This document shows positions 10,427-20,205 of a stretch of 64,000 nt of DNA, piece after piece. The notes under the pieces are model-generated. The model ran no database searches. It was not told the origin of the DNA and saw only the letters and a program-made list of their open reading frames with translations. Source of the stretch: Parabacteroides sp. PM6-13 (GTDB lineage Bacteria > Bacteroidota > Bacteroidia > Bacteroidales > Tannerellaceae); NCBI RefSeq assembly GCF_029892605.1, contig NZ_JARXWF010000008.1, positions 1 through 64,000 of the forward strand, in the 5' to 3' direction. The position numbers and the translations under genes are program-made. The first letter of the stretch is position 1, and each line of letters starts with the position of its first letter.

Positions 10427-10756
10427 TTAGATTGCTTGAATATTAAACCTCTTGAATGAGCGGAACGCTTGTTTCTCGGTGTCGAAGTAGGTAAAAAGTA
10501 GGTCGTTCTTTGCCCTCTGTGAGCCTTTCACCTCAACATTGATATACTTGTCAGACAAAGTGCCAAACGCCTGTCTAACCTCTCCGTTTACCTTCTGATA
10601 GTAGAACTTTACAATACCTGTTCTCATTGCTGCCGCCAGCTTGAAGTTCGCCCATGCTTTACGCAGGCAATCTGCGAAGGCTTCACCGGTTACTCGGAAT
10701 AAACGCCATGCCATTGCCATGATTCCTTTTAACTCGTTTCTTTTTGATGTACTCAT
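10427..10756 (-). CDS. hypothetical protein
   Basis: 109-aa ORF. Confidence 0.4.
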   Translation of the reverse strand: MSTSKRNELKGIMAMAWRLFRVTGEAFADCLRKAWANFKLAAAMRTGIVKFYYQKVNGEVRQAFGTLSDKYINVEVKGSQRAKNDLLFTYFDTEKQAFRSFKRFNIQAI

Positions 10757-10821
10757 AATCGTGTATATTAAAGTGTTTGTATTTAATTGACTCAGCCGAA
10801 AAGTCGGCTCAGTACTATGTA

Positions 10822-11115
10822 TTAATCCCCGAAGTAACGATACCGTGATCCTTCACCGTGATAGTAGTCGTATAGATCGACCTTTCTTGGTTGGGCGCAT
10901 AACGCTTTATATTCGTCAGATGCGTGCCACTTAGCTAATCTTTCTTTCTCTGCTTCGATAGCTGCCTGCTTAGCGTTGTAGATGATAGTTTCTTTCTCAA
11001 CCCACCAAGCTCTTGACAGGCACTCTCCGAAGTTCTTAGAATAACTTCCACGACGGTAGATGTTCCATGCCCGGATCATTACGGCTCTCTTGCTTATTTT
11101 TGATGTTGTTGTCAT
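10822..11115 (-). CDS. hypothetical protein
   Basis: 97-aa ORF. Confidence 0.4.
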   Translation of the reverse strand: MTTTSKISKRAVMIRAWNIYRRGSYSKNFGECLSRAWWVEKETIIYNAKQAAIEAEKERLAKWHASDEYKALCAQPRKVDLYDYYHGEGSRYRYFGD

Positions 11116-11140
11116 GTCTATACGTTTTAATGTTGATTTC

Positions 11141-11264
11141 TATACTGCAAATATACACTATAATGTATATCCAGCCAAACAAAAAGTGTTAAAAACATAC
11201 ATTATGATGAATTTATCTAAATATTATCTACATTATGATGAATTTTCAGTACATTTGCAGTATA
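11141..11264. promoter_or_regulatory. switch-like intergenic region: 12-bp inverted repeat (tatactgcaaat/atttgcagtata) flanking two 16-bp direct repeats (acattatgatgaattt)
   Basis: Direct repeats at 11199..11214 and 11230..11245. Inverted repeat arms at 11141..11152 and 11253..11264. Located between divergent transcription units upstream of an XRE regulator. Confidence 0.45.
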
Positions 11265-11281
11265 ACATTAAAATGTATAGT

Positions 11282-11524
11282 ATGAATTTAAGAGTAAAAG
11301 AAGTATGTAAAGAAAGAGGTATGACTATGGAGGCTTTAGCGAAGTTGTTAGATATTACTCCAAATACCCTCACTCGGAATATCAACGGCAACCCCACCAT
11401 TGAAACTCTCGGTAAGATCGCCTCTGCTTTGGAAGTCCCGGTAACGGATCTTTTCGAGCAACCGGCAAAAGATGTAGTGAACTGTCCGTATTGTGGTGGG
11501 AAGATAAAGATAGGGAAGGAATAA
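11282..11524 (+). CDS. XRE-family HTH transcriptional regulator with C-terminal zinc ribbon
   Basis: MNLRVKEVCKERGMTMEALAKLLDITPNTLTRNINGNPTIETLGKIASALEVPVTDLF is a Cro/C1-type HTH. CPYCGGKIK at the end. Start chosen at an internal Met of ORF 11060..11524. Confidence 0.6.
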   Translation: MNLRVKEVCKERGMTMEALAKLLDITPNTLTRNINGNPTIETLGKIASALEVPVTDLFEQPAKDVVNCPYCGGKIKIGKE

Positions 11525-11545
11525 TGATACATAAAGACAAATGAG

Positions 11546-11989
11546 ATGGTAGATCGAAATGAATTGCGAGTAGGGAATAGGTTAGCTTTAAGCCCGTCGG
11601 GCTTTTTTTGCGGCAATACAGTAATAGTTGATGAGATATTGAAAGATGGTATAAACTCATTAGAACTTGAATTTTACGACAGTAGCGAATTTTATAAATT
11701 CGAGAATTTATATCCTGTAGATATCTACCACTACGATTTGCGTGATTTTTGCGGATTTGATATTGTTGAATTTAACGAAGATGATTATGATGATGATGAA
11801 TATGTTCATTGTATACTAAAACATAGGGTTTCAGGGACATTAGTTCATGTTGTCCGTGACATATGGGAGGTGTATGTTCAAACTTCTGTTATCAATAAAT
11901 TATGGCGAAATGGAGCAATTAGGGTTAATAGTTTTCATCAATTAGAGAACGTTATTTTTGCTTTAACAGGTGTGGATATATCTGAATAA
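11546..11989 (+). CDS. hypothetical protein
   Basis: 147-aa ORF co-directional with the XRE regulator. Confidence 0.4.
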   Translation: MVDRNELRVGNRLALSPSGFFCGNTVIVDEILKDGINSLELEFYDSSEFYKFENLYPVDIYHYDLRDFCGFDIVEFNEDDYDDDEYVHCILKHRVSGTLVHVVRDIWEVYVQTSVINKLWRNGAIRVNSFHQLENVIFALTGVDISE

Positions 11990-12172
11990 TCAGTTAGACC
12001 CTCCAATATACTCTTCCAGAATCTTAGGCCGTCTAAATTGAGAAGTCTTTAGTGACATGTCGTTTCCACAGAATTGTGAAAGCGGGCCAAGGGTGTTAAA
12101 TTCTTTACGACCTATCAAAAAGAAAGGGCATCCCATCACAGAACACCCCTTAACGCTGAATCAAAGCACACA

Positions 12173-12364
12173 TCAATCGTCTACCTGTTCTGCCTTGTCG
12201 ATCACCTCAATGATAATATCTTCGCCGATATGGTCGCAAAACACCTGCTGTAATATCTTCCCTCTGCCATCCGTAGTGTTATCAATTACCGTGATAGTGT
12301 GCTGGTCTATCGGGTTGCCCTGAATGTGAGCAATGAGCCGCTTTACTTTCTCTTCACTTGCCAT
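12173..12364 (-). CDS. hypothetical small protein
   Basis: 63 aa, overlapping the upstream ORF. Confidence 0.3.
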   Translation of the reverse strand: MASEEKVKRLIAHIQGNPIDQHTITVIDNTTDGRGKILQQVFCDHIGEDIIIEVIDKAEQVDD

Positions 12365-12611
12365 CTTGCGCTGGTTTTATAACTTTCCATCCGAGTTTTT
12401 CAGACAGATCGTCAATTCTTGATTCTAATTCTTCATCCGTCAATCCTTCCAGTTCAAGAGCGGCAGCAATCTTCTTTGCCATACCTATTGGCATCGGTTT
12501 TAATCCGGTAAACGCTTCATACCACTCTGGAAACTCGCTCGTGTCCAAAACTCCAGTTGCCACAGATGACAACAATTTTGCTTTCTGTTCTTTTGATAGT
12601 TTAATCTTCAT
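12354..12611 (-). CDS. hypothetical small protein
   Basis: 85 aa, overlapping starts/stops in a minus-strand operon. Confidence 0.4.
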   Translation of the reverse strand: MKIKLSKEQKAKLLSSVATGVLDTSEFPEWYEAFTGLKPMPIGMAKKIAAALELEGLTDEELESRIDDLSEKLGWKVIKPAQDGK

Positions 12612-12936
12612 GATTCAAATTATTTAATGTTTGTATTCGCTCTGCCAGCCTATCCACAACCTCATCAGGAGCAGATAGTAACAGCTTCTCTAACTCTTTA
12701 TATTCGCAGGCAATCTGCGCATCAACACTCACAGACTGCTGCTTTGGCACAACGTACTGCATCAATTTCTCAAGTACCTGCACCCTGTCTTTAGGATCTA
12801 ACTCTTTCAAATCCTTTTCAAACTGCACTCGGTTACCATCAATAACCTGCTGAATCCAGCTTTTCAATTCCCCTGTTATCTTATTTGGCACTCCTTTAGG
12901 TCTGCCATTGGGGTTATTCGTCTGTCCTTTCTTCAT
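12601..12936 (-). CDS. hypothetical protein
   Basis: 111 aa. Confidence 0.4.
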   Translation of the reverse strand: MKKGQTNNPNGRPKGVPNKITGELKSWIQQVIDGNRVQFEKDLKELDPKDRVQVLEKLMQYVVPKQQSVSVDAQIACEYKELEKLLLSAPDEVVDRLAERIQTLNNLNHED

Positions 12937-13067
12937 CTTTGTAAATCTTTGTTGTTTTCAAAGCTTCCCGTGTACGCAAATAAGCAATTTTATTTTTCAA
13001 ATGATACCACGATCACCTAAGCGGAGAAAGTGGCTGAAATCTCTACCCTTCTCTCAAATATGAGATT

Positions 13068-13346
13068 CTAAACACCATTATCGTAGTACTGTTTTGCTTT
13101 TTCACGGTCTCGGCAACATTTAGCCCACTTTCCAAAGTCTTCGTTCCCAGGATAGCGAACACACTTTTTGTCCGGCTGTTTATATTCGTTGCCAATCTTA
13201 CGCTTAAAAACTTCGTAGTATATCACGCTCGGATCAGCTTCTAACGTACGACTGTATAGATACATCTCTGTTGCCGGGTTATAGCCTTCTTGTCTGAAGG
13301 TATCGCCGAACTTTGTAAATTCTTTGGGTAGTTCTCTAATATTCAT
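13068..13346 (-). CDS. hypothetical protein
   Basis: 92 aa, immediately downstream of the giant ORF. Confidence 0.4.
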   Translation of the reverse strand: MNIRELPKEFTKFGDTFRQEGYNPATEMYLYSRTLEADPSVIYYEVFKRKIGNEYKQPDKKCVRYPGNEDFGKWAKCCRDREKAKQYYDNGV

Positions 13347-13396
13347 CTGTCTTTATATTATGCCCCCGGATGAAGTTAATCACCCGGAGGTTGTTG

Positions 13397-16300
13397 TTAT
13401 AAACCTAATCCTCCGCCTTTCATCTTCACCTCTATTGACCCCTTTAATGAGTTGGCAGCACTATCGGTGTTTCCGGCAATAGCTTTTCCAGATTCCGCTA
13501 TGCCTTCTAACTGTGATAGCCGTTCGGTGTTAGCTACTATCGAGCGATTAGCCTCAGCTATCTCCTTTGACGTAGAATTGAGTTGTATCATATTCTGTTC
13601 GATCTTGCTGTTCAAATCCCGGATAGCAGTAAGCTCGCCGAAACTATTAGTCATAATATCTCGGTTCAACTGAAAACCATCCTTTACAGAATCTATTGCT
13701 GTCATGTCAATCCCAAACCCTTTTCCACCAAATATTTGCTGCATTATTCCATTCATCTCAGCATTGATCTTTTCTGAATCGACCTTTAGACCTTCTTTAA
13801 GTATATCTCGAATGCTTTCAGCAGCATTTGCGCCACGCTCCAGAGCAACCCTTCCTGCTCCCATCTGCCCGGCTAATAGATCAATACTTTGTTGATTGGC
13901 TTTCCCTAATGCTCCGGCAAGTGAGTTATCAGACGTTGATGCCTCATTTTTGAGTCTATCTATTTCCCATCCATTTGCTTTCGCCAACTCATCCCAATCT
14001 TTGGCTATCGACATCCAGCTATCAACCACAGTAGGAAGGCTATCGAAAATACCAGAGGTTATAGAAAGAAGTTCTTCTTGTACCGCCTTAGGATCGCCTA
14101 ATGAAAATGCGTCTCTAATCTTTGGTTTATATTGCTCAAGGTACTCTCCTAAGATCATTTCCTGTAGAAGGGCTTTCCCGAGTGCATCAATCACCTTTAG
14201 TCCTGAATCCTCAAATAAATCCCAGGCGTCTGACCCATTACGAACAGCGTCAAATATTATATCAGTCAAATCAGAAGCTATCCCGCCAAAGGTTGATTCG
14301 ATGTGATCATCAAGGACTTTCATCGCTTCATCGTAAGCCTCTTTCTGATCAATAGCAAGTGCAAGCTGTGTGCGTAATTCTTTGGATATTTCTTTGTGGG
14401 TTTCCAGGAACAGCCTTGCTGCTTCAACATCAAACTCACCATTCAAATCACCTCCCCATATTTCAGGAGCAAAATCAAACAAGGTGGTGAATTTATCTTT
14501 TGAGCCTTGCTTATACCATACGTGTTTTGCGGTCTGAATAAGACTTCCTTGCAGTACTGTCATTTCACGCTTCATGGCGTCAATCAAAACTTCATCTGCA
14601 TAGGTTCTGCTCCAATTGGCCAAACTAAAGCCCTGATAGCTATCCATCCCGTACGGCTTTATATTGAGTTTTTCATTTACAAAATCATTGTAATCACCAA
14701 TGGTCTTTTTATAGCTATCGTAAGCCTTGATCGCCTGTTCAATACCACGCTTTCCGAAAAATGAAGAGTATTCCTCTTCGAGATAGTTTCGCTCTGACAA
14801 AAGAAGATTGAACCGATGCTGCCAGTCGTATTGTTCATTCTGCATTCTCCGGATTCGCTCTTCCTCTTCTATCAATCCGTTAAATACCGATGATCCTATA
14901 CCGGCTACCGCTCCGGCAACAGCACCCCAAATACCGCCTGATTTAGCACCTGAGATGGTCTTCTCTAATATGTTCCCCCAATCTTTTAAAAGGCTTGTAA
15001 AATCTGATAGACTTTGATCTCCGGTTGCATCTGCCAGTTGTCCAATCATATCAGATAACTGAGACACTCCCTGCACTGCCTCCAATGCTCCATCATAGAT
15101 GTAGTTCAATCCTTCCTGCCGGGATGTTTCCGCATTATCTTCAAACAGTTTCTTTTTTGCCTTGTCTGCCTCCGTAAAGGCTTTCTCTGATAGTTTGGCA
15201 GATTCCTTTAGTTTCTGCAAACCTTTAACAATGCCGGAGAACGGGTAATTAGTTCTGCTGTCTAACTCATTTTGTTTATCGATCAGTGCATTGTAAATGT
15301 CTTTTATTTCGTCAAATGGTAAGCCTTTGAGTAGGTCGCTTGGATTGTCAATAAGTCTTTTCGTTTCATCGATTATGCTTTTGAGCTGTTTACGGCTCAT
15401 ATTAGCAGCATTGGAGAATAGCTTCGTGAAAGTGTCAGAGGCCTTACTCAATTCGTTGAACTCAGAGCTGTTGATATCTTTAAGCCCTTTCTCATACTGC
15501 TTCTTCGCTACTACTAATGCCCGGTTTATTTCCTCTGCGTTTTCTTCTGTACGCTGGCTATTCAAGAAGGAAACAGTATCGTTGTACTCTTCTTCCAGCT
15601 TCTCACGCTGCTTAGCAAAGTCCTGGTATTTGTCGAGAACAGAATCAAGCAGATCCTTTTCACTTTTCGCCCGGTCTGCGGTGTTGGCTTGAAACAGACC
15701 GGCAAGGAGATTTTGCTTTTCTTCCGGAAGGTCTGCAATGACATTTACAGAGGAAGTGAATGTCATTCCCTTATCTTTCCAATCAGGGTTAGCGGCTTCC
15801 CATGTTTTACGCTCAAGTTCCTGCTGTTGCTTGATAAGAGCGGCTCCACGCTTCATGATCTCCAATTCCCGTTTGTCATAATCGAGATTGATTTGAGCAA
15901 GAGTTTTATCTGTACCTTCTTCCATGAGGTTGATACGTTGCTGCTGTAATTCGTGTTCAGCCTCTCGCTCTTCAACAGCAAGCTTCTTGCTCATTTCCTC
16001 AATCTCCCGGAGACGATCAGCAGTTTCAGATTTTAGCCGGTTGGTATCTAAAGCAGACTTTTTAGCGTCTTTATCCTGCCCGGTCATGGTTTCCAGCTTT
16101 TTTTCTGCCTCTTGCAGGGCTTTAACCTCATCCTCAATAGCTTTCGCAAAATCAAATTGTTCTCCCGGTTTTAATTCGATAGGGGCTATTCCTTTTCTGA
16201 GATTCTCAATATTTTTTTTCAGGTTATCGATTTCCCCCTTGGTATCAGCAAGCTGTTTGTCGAAATCCACGAAAGGAGCTACTTCCTTTTGATCCTCTTT

Positions 16301-18148
16301 CTTTGAGAGTTTCCCGTAGATTGATTCCAGGTCACTTATTTCATTATCGAGTATCCCTTTTGATTTGCGGATATTCACAACAAGCAGATCGATAGGGTTT
16401 GTTTGGTATGAAGAAGCACCTCCAAACATTCCTTGTGATACATAAACGGTCTTGTTGAATTTATCAATAGCATCCTGTACCTCTTTGCTAAACTCACTTC
16501 CGGAGCTTAATGATTCTTTCAGGGAATCAAGTAAAAGTGTTCCTTGTGCTTCTCCAAACTCTTTATTGAACGATTTGCGGATCTTATCAATGTTCTTCCC
16601 CCATTGCTCGGTGTAATTATCCACAGCAGATTGTGTGCCTTTTTCAATGGCTCTGTCTTTGGCAGATTGGATAGCGGCTTCTGATATGGCTTTATAAGCT
16701 CCTTCTATGTCTTTGAGGGTGCGTATCTCTTCATTTAAGCCATCAAGGTAGTTGCCGTATTTATTGATGATATTGTCCTTTGCTTTTTGATATGCCTCCG
16801 TCCCTTCCTTAGCGTTTTTGAGCCTCCCGAAAAGAATATCAATATTTACAGACTCTTCTTCTGTACTCTTGTTGAAGTCTTTCATTGTCTCCGCAAGCCT
16901 CTTTTGCGATTTCTCTGCCTCGGTTTGATATGTGCTCAATTTGTAGATGCCATAACCAAGACCTACAACTGCTGCTGTAAGCACAACATAAGGATTGGTA
17001 ACTAATAATGCTGCTGAGGCTTTTAATGATTTGGATAGGCTGGCCTGCGCAAGAGTAAACATCTTTGTTCGAGCGGCGGCAATGGCTTCTGCATTGGAAA
17101 GTTGAATACTGGCAGCGGCGGCAAGATGCTTCTCGACTACGGCCTGACGCATGATCTTTGTATTGAGGGACTGCAAAGCGGAGATCGAAATAAGAAGAGC
17201 TTTGTAGCTGCCATAGACAACAACTAATTCCGCTATTGTCTTGCCGATTATCTCGTAGTTCTCAACCATGAGAGTAGCACTCTCTATCGCCTTACCGATA
17301 ACACCTTCCGAGCTTTGACCAATCTCATTAAACATCACCTGAATGTTATCCTTAAGTGCTTCGATCTGCCCTGTAATGGCTTTAGATTGGTTCTCCATCA
17401 ATCCGCCATACATACCACCGGAAGATGTCATGTTCTTAAAGGCCTGTTCAACCTCTTTGAATCCAACCTTCCCGGCAGAGACAAGATCATTTACTTGACC
17501 TTCTGCAACTCCTAATACATTTGCAAGCTCTTTATAGATGGGGATACCACGCCCGGCAAACTGGCGTATATCCATGAGATAAGCCCTGCCTTGCATACGG
17601 AGTGTACCGTACAAATAAACGATGTCTCCGATAGACTGACCTGTTCCGGCTGCCACGTCGCCAAGCATTGTCATCTCCTGAATCACGCTATCCGCTTGCG
17701 ATCCGTATGCTATAAGCTGCTTTGCTGCTTCGGCTGCTGATTGCAAACCGAAAGGAGTACGTGCGGCAAAGTCTGTTAAGTCTCCAATGAGAACTTTAGC
17801 TTTATCACCACTCTTTAGCATAGTACCAAAGGCGATTTCTAATTGCTGGAACTCGCCACGAACATTTACCACTTCTTTTGCAAAAGCTGTGAGGGCTGCT
17901 GTACCACCAATACCGGCTAATGCTTTTTTGAAGTTACTATTAATGGATGCGCCAGCTTTAGAAGCTTCTTCCGCTAAACGGTTAAACTTCCCTTCAAGGG
18001 ATTGCAATTGCTTATCAAGCTTATTGAATGCTTTCGGATCGGCGGCCTTATCCATGCCTGAAAGTTTTGTTTTCAGGTCATCTATTTCTTTTTTTAGCTT
18101 CTTCAATGCCTCAAAATCGGCGCCTACACGAAAATATAATCCACTCAT
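13397..18148 (-). CDS. phage tail tape-measure-domain protein (1583 aa, long coiled-coil)
   Basis: N-terminal region (EFQQLEIAFGTML...LTDFAARTPFG...LIAYG) matches the conserved tape-measure domain of TP901-like phages. The remainder is an extended Lys/Glu-rich coiled coil with two hydrophobic segments. Confidence 0.75.
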   Translation of the reverse strand: MSGLYFRVGADFEALKKLKKEIDDLKTKLSGMDKAADPKAFNKLDKQLQSLEGKFNRLAEEASKAGASINSNFKKALAGIGGTAALTAFAKEVVNVRGEFQQLEIAFGTMLKSGDKAKVLIGDLTDFAARTPFGLQSAAEAAKQLIAYGSQADSVIQEMTMLGDVAAGTGQSIGDIVYLYGTLRMQGRAYLMDIRQFAGRGIPIYKELANVLGVAEGQVNDLVSAGKVGFKEVEQAFKNMTSSGGMYGGLMENQSKAITGQIEALKDNIQVMFNEIGQSSEGVIGKAIESATLMVENYEIIGKTIAELVVVYGSYKALLISISALQSLNTKIMRQAVVEKHLAAAASIQLSNAEAIAAARTKMFTLAQASLSKSLKASAALLVTNPYVVLTAAVVGLGYGIYKLSTYQTEAEKSQKRLAETMKDFNKSTEEESVNIDILFGRLKNAKEGTEAYQKAKDNIINKYGNYLDGLNEEIRTLKDIEGAYKAISEAAIQSAKDRAIEKGTQSAVDNYTEQWGKNIDKIRKSFNKEFGEAQGTLLLDSLKESLSSGSEFSKEVQDAIDKFNKTVYVSQGMFGGASSYQTNPIDLLVVNIRKSKGILDNEISDLESIYGKLSKKEDQKEVAPFVDFDKQLADTKGEIDNLKKNIENLRKGIAPIELKPGEQFDFAKAIEDEVKALQEAEKKLETMTGQDKDAKKSALDTNRLKSETADRLREIEEMSKKLAVEEREAEHELQQQRINLMEEGTDKTLAQINLDYDKRELEIMKRGAALIKQQQELERKTWEAANPDWKDKGMTFTSSVNVIADLPEEKQNLLAGLFQANTADRAKSEKDLLDSVLDKYQDFAKQREKLEEEYNDTVSFLNSQRTEENAEEINRALVVAKKQYEKGLKDINSSEFNELSKASDTFTKLFSNAANMSRKQLKSIIDETKRLIDNPSDLLKGLPFDEIKDIYNALIDKQNELDSRTNYPFSGIVKGLQKLKESAKLSEKAFTEADKAKKKLFEDNAETSRQEGLNYIYDGALEAVQGVSQLSDMIGQLADATGDQSLSDFTSLLKDWGNILEKTISGAKSGGIWGAVAGAVAGIGSSVFNGLIEEEERIRRMQNEQYDWQHRFNLLLSERNYLEEEYSSFFGKRGIEQAIKAYDSYKKTIGDYNDFVNEKLNIKPYGMDSYQGFSLANWSRTYADEVLIDAMKREMTVLQGSLIQTAKHVWYKQGSKDKFTTLFDFAPEIWGGDLNGEFDVEAARLFLETHKEISKELRTQLALAIDQKEAYDEAMKVLDDHIESTFGGIASDLTDIIFDAVRNGSDAWDLFEDSGLKVIDALGKALLQEMILGEYLEQYKPKIRDAFSLGDPKAVQEELLSITSGIFDSLPTVVDSWMSIAKDWDELAKANGWEIDRLKNEASTSDNSLAGALGKANQQSIDLLAGQMGAGRVALERGANAAESIRDILKEGLKVDSEKINAEMNGIMQQIFGGKGFGIDMTAIDSVKDGFQLNRDIMTNSFGELTAIRDLNSKIEQNMIQLNSTSKEIAEANRSIVANTERLSQLEGIAESGKAIAGNTDSAANSLKGSIEVKMKGGGLGL

Positions 18149-18170
18149 GATTCTTCTTATTTATTTGTTA

Positions 18171-18431
18171 TTACTTTTTTATTCCATCCCCGAACAGTTC
18201 TTTGCCCGGGTTCGCCTCTTTCCAGTGATTGATCCCGTCTAACCCCGCATCGCTGGAAAAGTAATCTTCCGTTGACTTGTAGCCCATGAGTTGGAATACA
18301 TCGTCGGTAGAGAACAGCATCTCACCGGTAACTTTATCTTTGGTCGCTCTAATCGTTTTGCCCTTCGCCACTAAAAAGAGATAGTGGCGCAGCTTATCGT
18401 CTTCTTTATACTCTATTAAAATTGGTTTCAT
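18171..18431 (-). CDS. hypothetical small protein
   Basis: 86 aa, directly upstream of the TMP gene. Confidence 0.4.
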   Translation of the reverse strand: MKPILIEYKEDDKLRHYLFLVAKGKTIRATKDKVTGEMLFSTDDVFQLMGYKSTEDYFSSDAGLDGINHWKEANPGKELFGDGIKK

Positions 18432-18450
18432 ATCTTTATCTGTTTGATTG

Positions 18451-18693
18451 TTAGTTTAAACTCCCACTCTCATTTAGCATATCCAAAACCACTTGCTTAT
18501 TGATTTGGCGATCATGTATAGCATCATTTTCGTTTAAAATTGTTTTTGCCAAATCAAATGCATCATTCGTCCGACCTTCGGTTATGGCCTGCATGATCTT
18601 GTAGGCGTTTGATACGTTCCGGCAGATCTCTCCGAATGTCACCTCTAAGGGTATATCCACTAATCTGATTTTTATTTCTTCTTCTGTTTTCAT
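18451..18693 (-). CDS. hypothetical small protein
   Basis: 80 aa with a 4-nt overlap onto the upstream ORF. Confidence 0.4.
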   Translation of the reverse strand: MKTEEEIKIRLVDIPLEVTFGEICRNVSNAYKIMQAITEGRTNDAFDLAKTILNENDAIHDRQINKQVVLDMLNESGSLN

Positions 18694-19193
18694 TTTGTGT
18701 CCTTTTTTATAGTGTGCAAACTGTGCAATTCTTTCAAGAAATCATCATAGCATTTCACCACAGCGTAATGCCCTCCGGCAGCTATGATTTGTTCCTGCAC
18801 TTGCTTCTGAATGTCGCTTTGTTTATCTCGCCCTATCTTGATCTCGAAATTGTAAACTTTGCCATTGTGGGTTACTTGTACATCGGCAATCCCTTTAGTG
18901 CTGCCTGATTTACGCCACATCTTTAGGCGGGCATCATATTGACCTTGTGAGTTCTGCCGTTGGTAAAAAGCTCCGTTAATCTTCGACCATATAGACAGGC
19001 ATTCGGTTAGTCCGTTCGCTGTATCGTCTCTAAATTTCTTTACAAACCGGCAGTTCTCAGGAATGGAACTATTACGATACTTAAACTCGAAATAGTCCTT
19101 CTCCAGTCGCTTAACTGATTCCGGCTTCTGATACCGGGCCACTACTTTACGAGGCTTCTTTTCTTCTCTTGGGATAAAGTCTTGCATATTCAT
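18690..19193 (-). CDS. VRR-NUC domain nuclease (PD-(D/E)xK)
   Basis: GIADVQV...FEIKIGRDKQSDIQKQ fits the VRR-NUC GxPD / ExK / D..S..Q pattern. 167 aa. Confidence 0.5.
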   Translation of the reverse strand: MNMQDFIPREEKKPRKVVARYQKPESVKRLEKDYFEFKYRNSSIPENCRFVKKFRDDTANGLTECLSIWSKINGAFYQRQNSQGQYDARLKMWRKSGSTKGIADVQVTHNGKVYNFEIKIGRDKQSDIQKQVQEQIIAAGGHYAVVKCYDDFLKELHSLHTIKKDTK

Positions 19194-20116
19194 ATAGCTT
19201 GTCGTTTACAGGTGAGTCCATACTGTTTGCAATACCAAAAGAATGTTCTAATGGATTTACGAGCGCAATGCTTCAGGCATCGGTCATATTGCTCATCGCA
19301 CTGCCAGTCCTCATACTTATCAGACTGCCTACTAACAATATGAAAGTAAGCTCTTCCACTCTCGCCAAACTCATTGGCCAGCGATTGACCAATAGCGTAC
19401 CAATCATCATACCGATCTGTCATGTCTATGCCTCGGACTGAAATGTCAGATACCAGCTTGTCTACCCAATACTCTACATCGTTATCCGGATTCACCTCTC
19501 TTGTCTTATATTCCTTCGGCTCGATCATATCGGTAAACACACCAGCCTCTTCATCCATATGAGGAAATTCATCGTATGACGCCCCACGTAGACGGGCAAC
19601 ATCTCTGCATTGTTTATCGACAACCAAACCACGCACTCTCAATACCTCAGCTATTGCCTGAAAATGCTCTTTATGCTTCTCCGGGTTAGCTATCTGTATA
19701 ATCATATACATTCCTTTCCCCGATGCAGATAAAGCGCCATAGCAATAGCCTGGGATATTAGGAAGGTTATGCTTAAGGCGATCCCAGTTCTTTATACTTG
19801 GGTTATCCTGTGCGTCCAGGTCGATGCAGATAAAGCCGGAATGTTTGATTAGGCCTTTATTACTTCGTTTAGAAAATACGCCTGAAACAGTAATGCAGGG
19901 TAGGGATGCCTTTATGCGCCTACGTTCATCTTTATCGGTGCAGCCTCTTACCACTTCAACCTGTCTTCTGTATTCTCCAGACAATAGCCAATCGAATAAG
20001 CTGACGGTCTTTGTAGGAGTGGCATCAAAATAATTTCTAAAAAAAGAGATAGGAACGGTCTCGAACTTTGTCAAAAGGTCGAGCCTCCATATTCTATCTA
20101 AATTGATTATGCTCAT
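19190..20116 (-). CDS. replication/primase-like protein (BT4734-like N-terminal domain + PriCT-like C-terminal domain)
   Basis: LPCITVSGVFSKRSNKGLIKHSGFICIDLD resembles the VirE/BT4734 N-domain. The C-terminus DDWYAIGQSLANEFGESGRAYFHIVS resembles a primase C-terminal domain. Start set at an internal Met; the ORF track starts at 20191. Confidence 0.6.
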   Translation of the reverse strand: MSIINLDRIWRLDLLTKFETVPISFFRNYFDATPTKTVSLFDWLLSGEYRRQVEVVRGCTDKDERRRIKASLPCITVSGVFSKRSNKGLIKHSGFICIDLDAQDNPSIKNWDRLKHNLPNIPGYCYGALSASGKGMYMIIQIANPEKHKEHFQAIAEVLRVRGLVVDKQCRDVARLRGASYDEFPHMDEEAGVFTDMIEPKEYKTREVNPDNDVEYWVDKLVSDISVRGIDMTDRYDDWYAIGQSLANEFGESGRAYFHIVSRQSDKYEDWQCDEQYDRCLKHCARKSIRTFFWYCKQYGLTCKRQAI

Positions 20117-20151
20117 GATAATGCTTATGATAATGATAATGTATATGTATA
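20114..20151. repeat. iteron-like ATGATAATG tandem repeats at the 5' end of the primase-like gene
   Basis: catgataatgcttatgataatgataatgtatatgtata, followed by the ttgaatac x2 direct repeat (20161..20180). Confidence 0.35.
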
Positions 20152-20205
20152 GGGTAGCCGTTGTATTCATTTGAATACTGTTGAATACCAATGTATACCG
20201 TAGTA

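Noticed and set aside
13452-16292. several 60-136-aa plus-strand ORFs
   Set aside because: Shadows inside the tape-measure gene. Ser/Leu/Phe-rich, as expected opposite a Lys/Glu-rich coiled coil.
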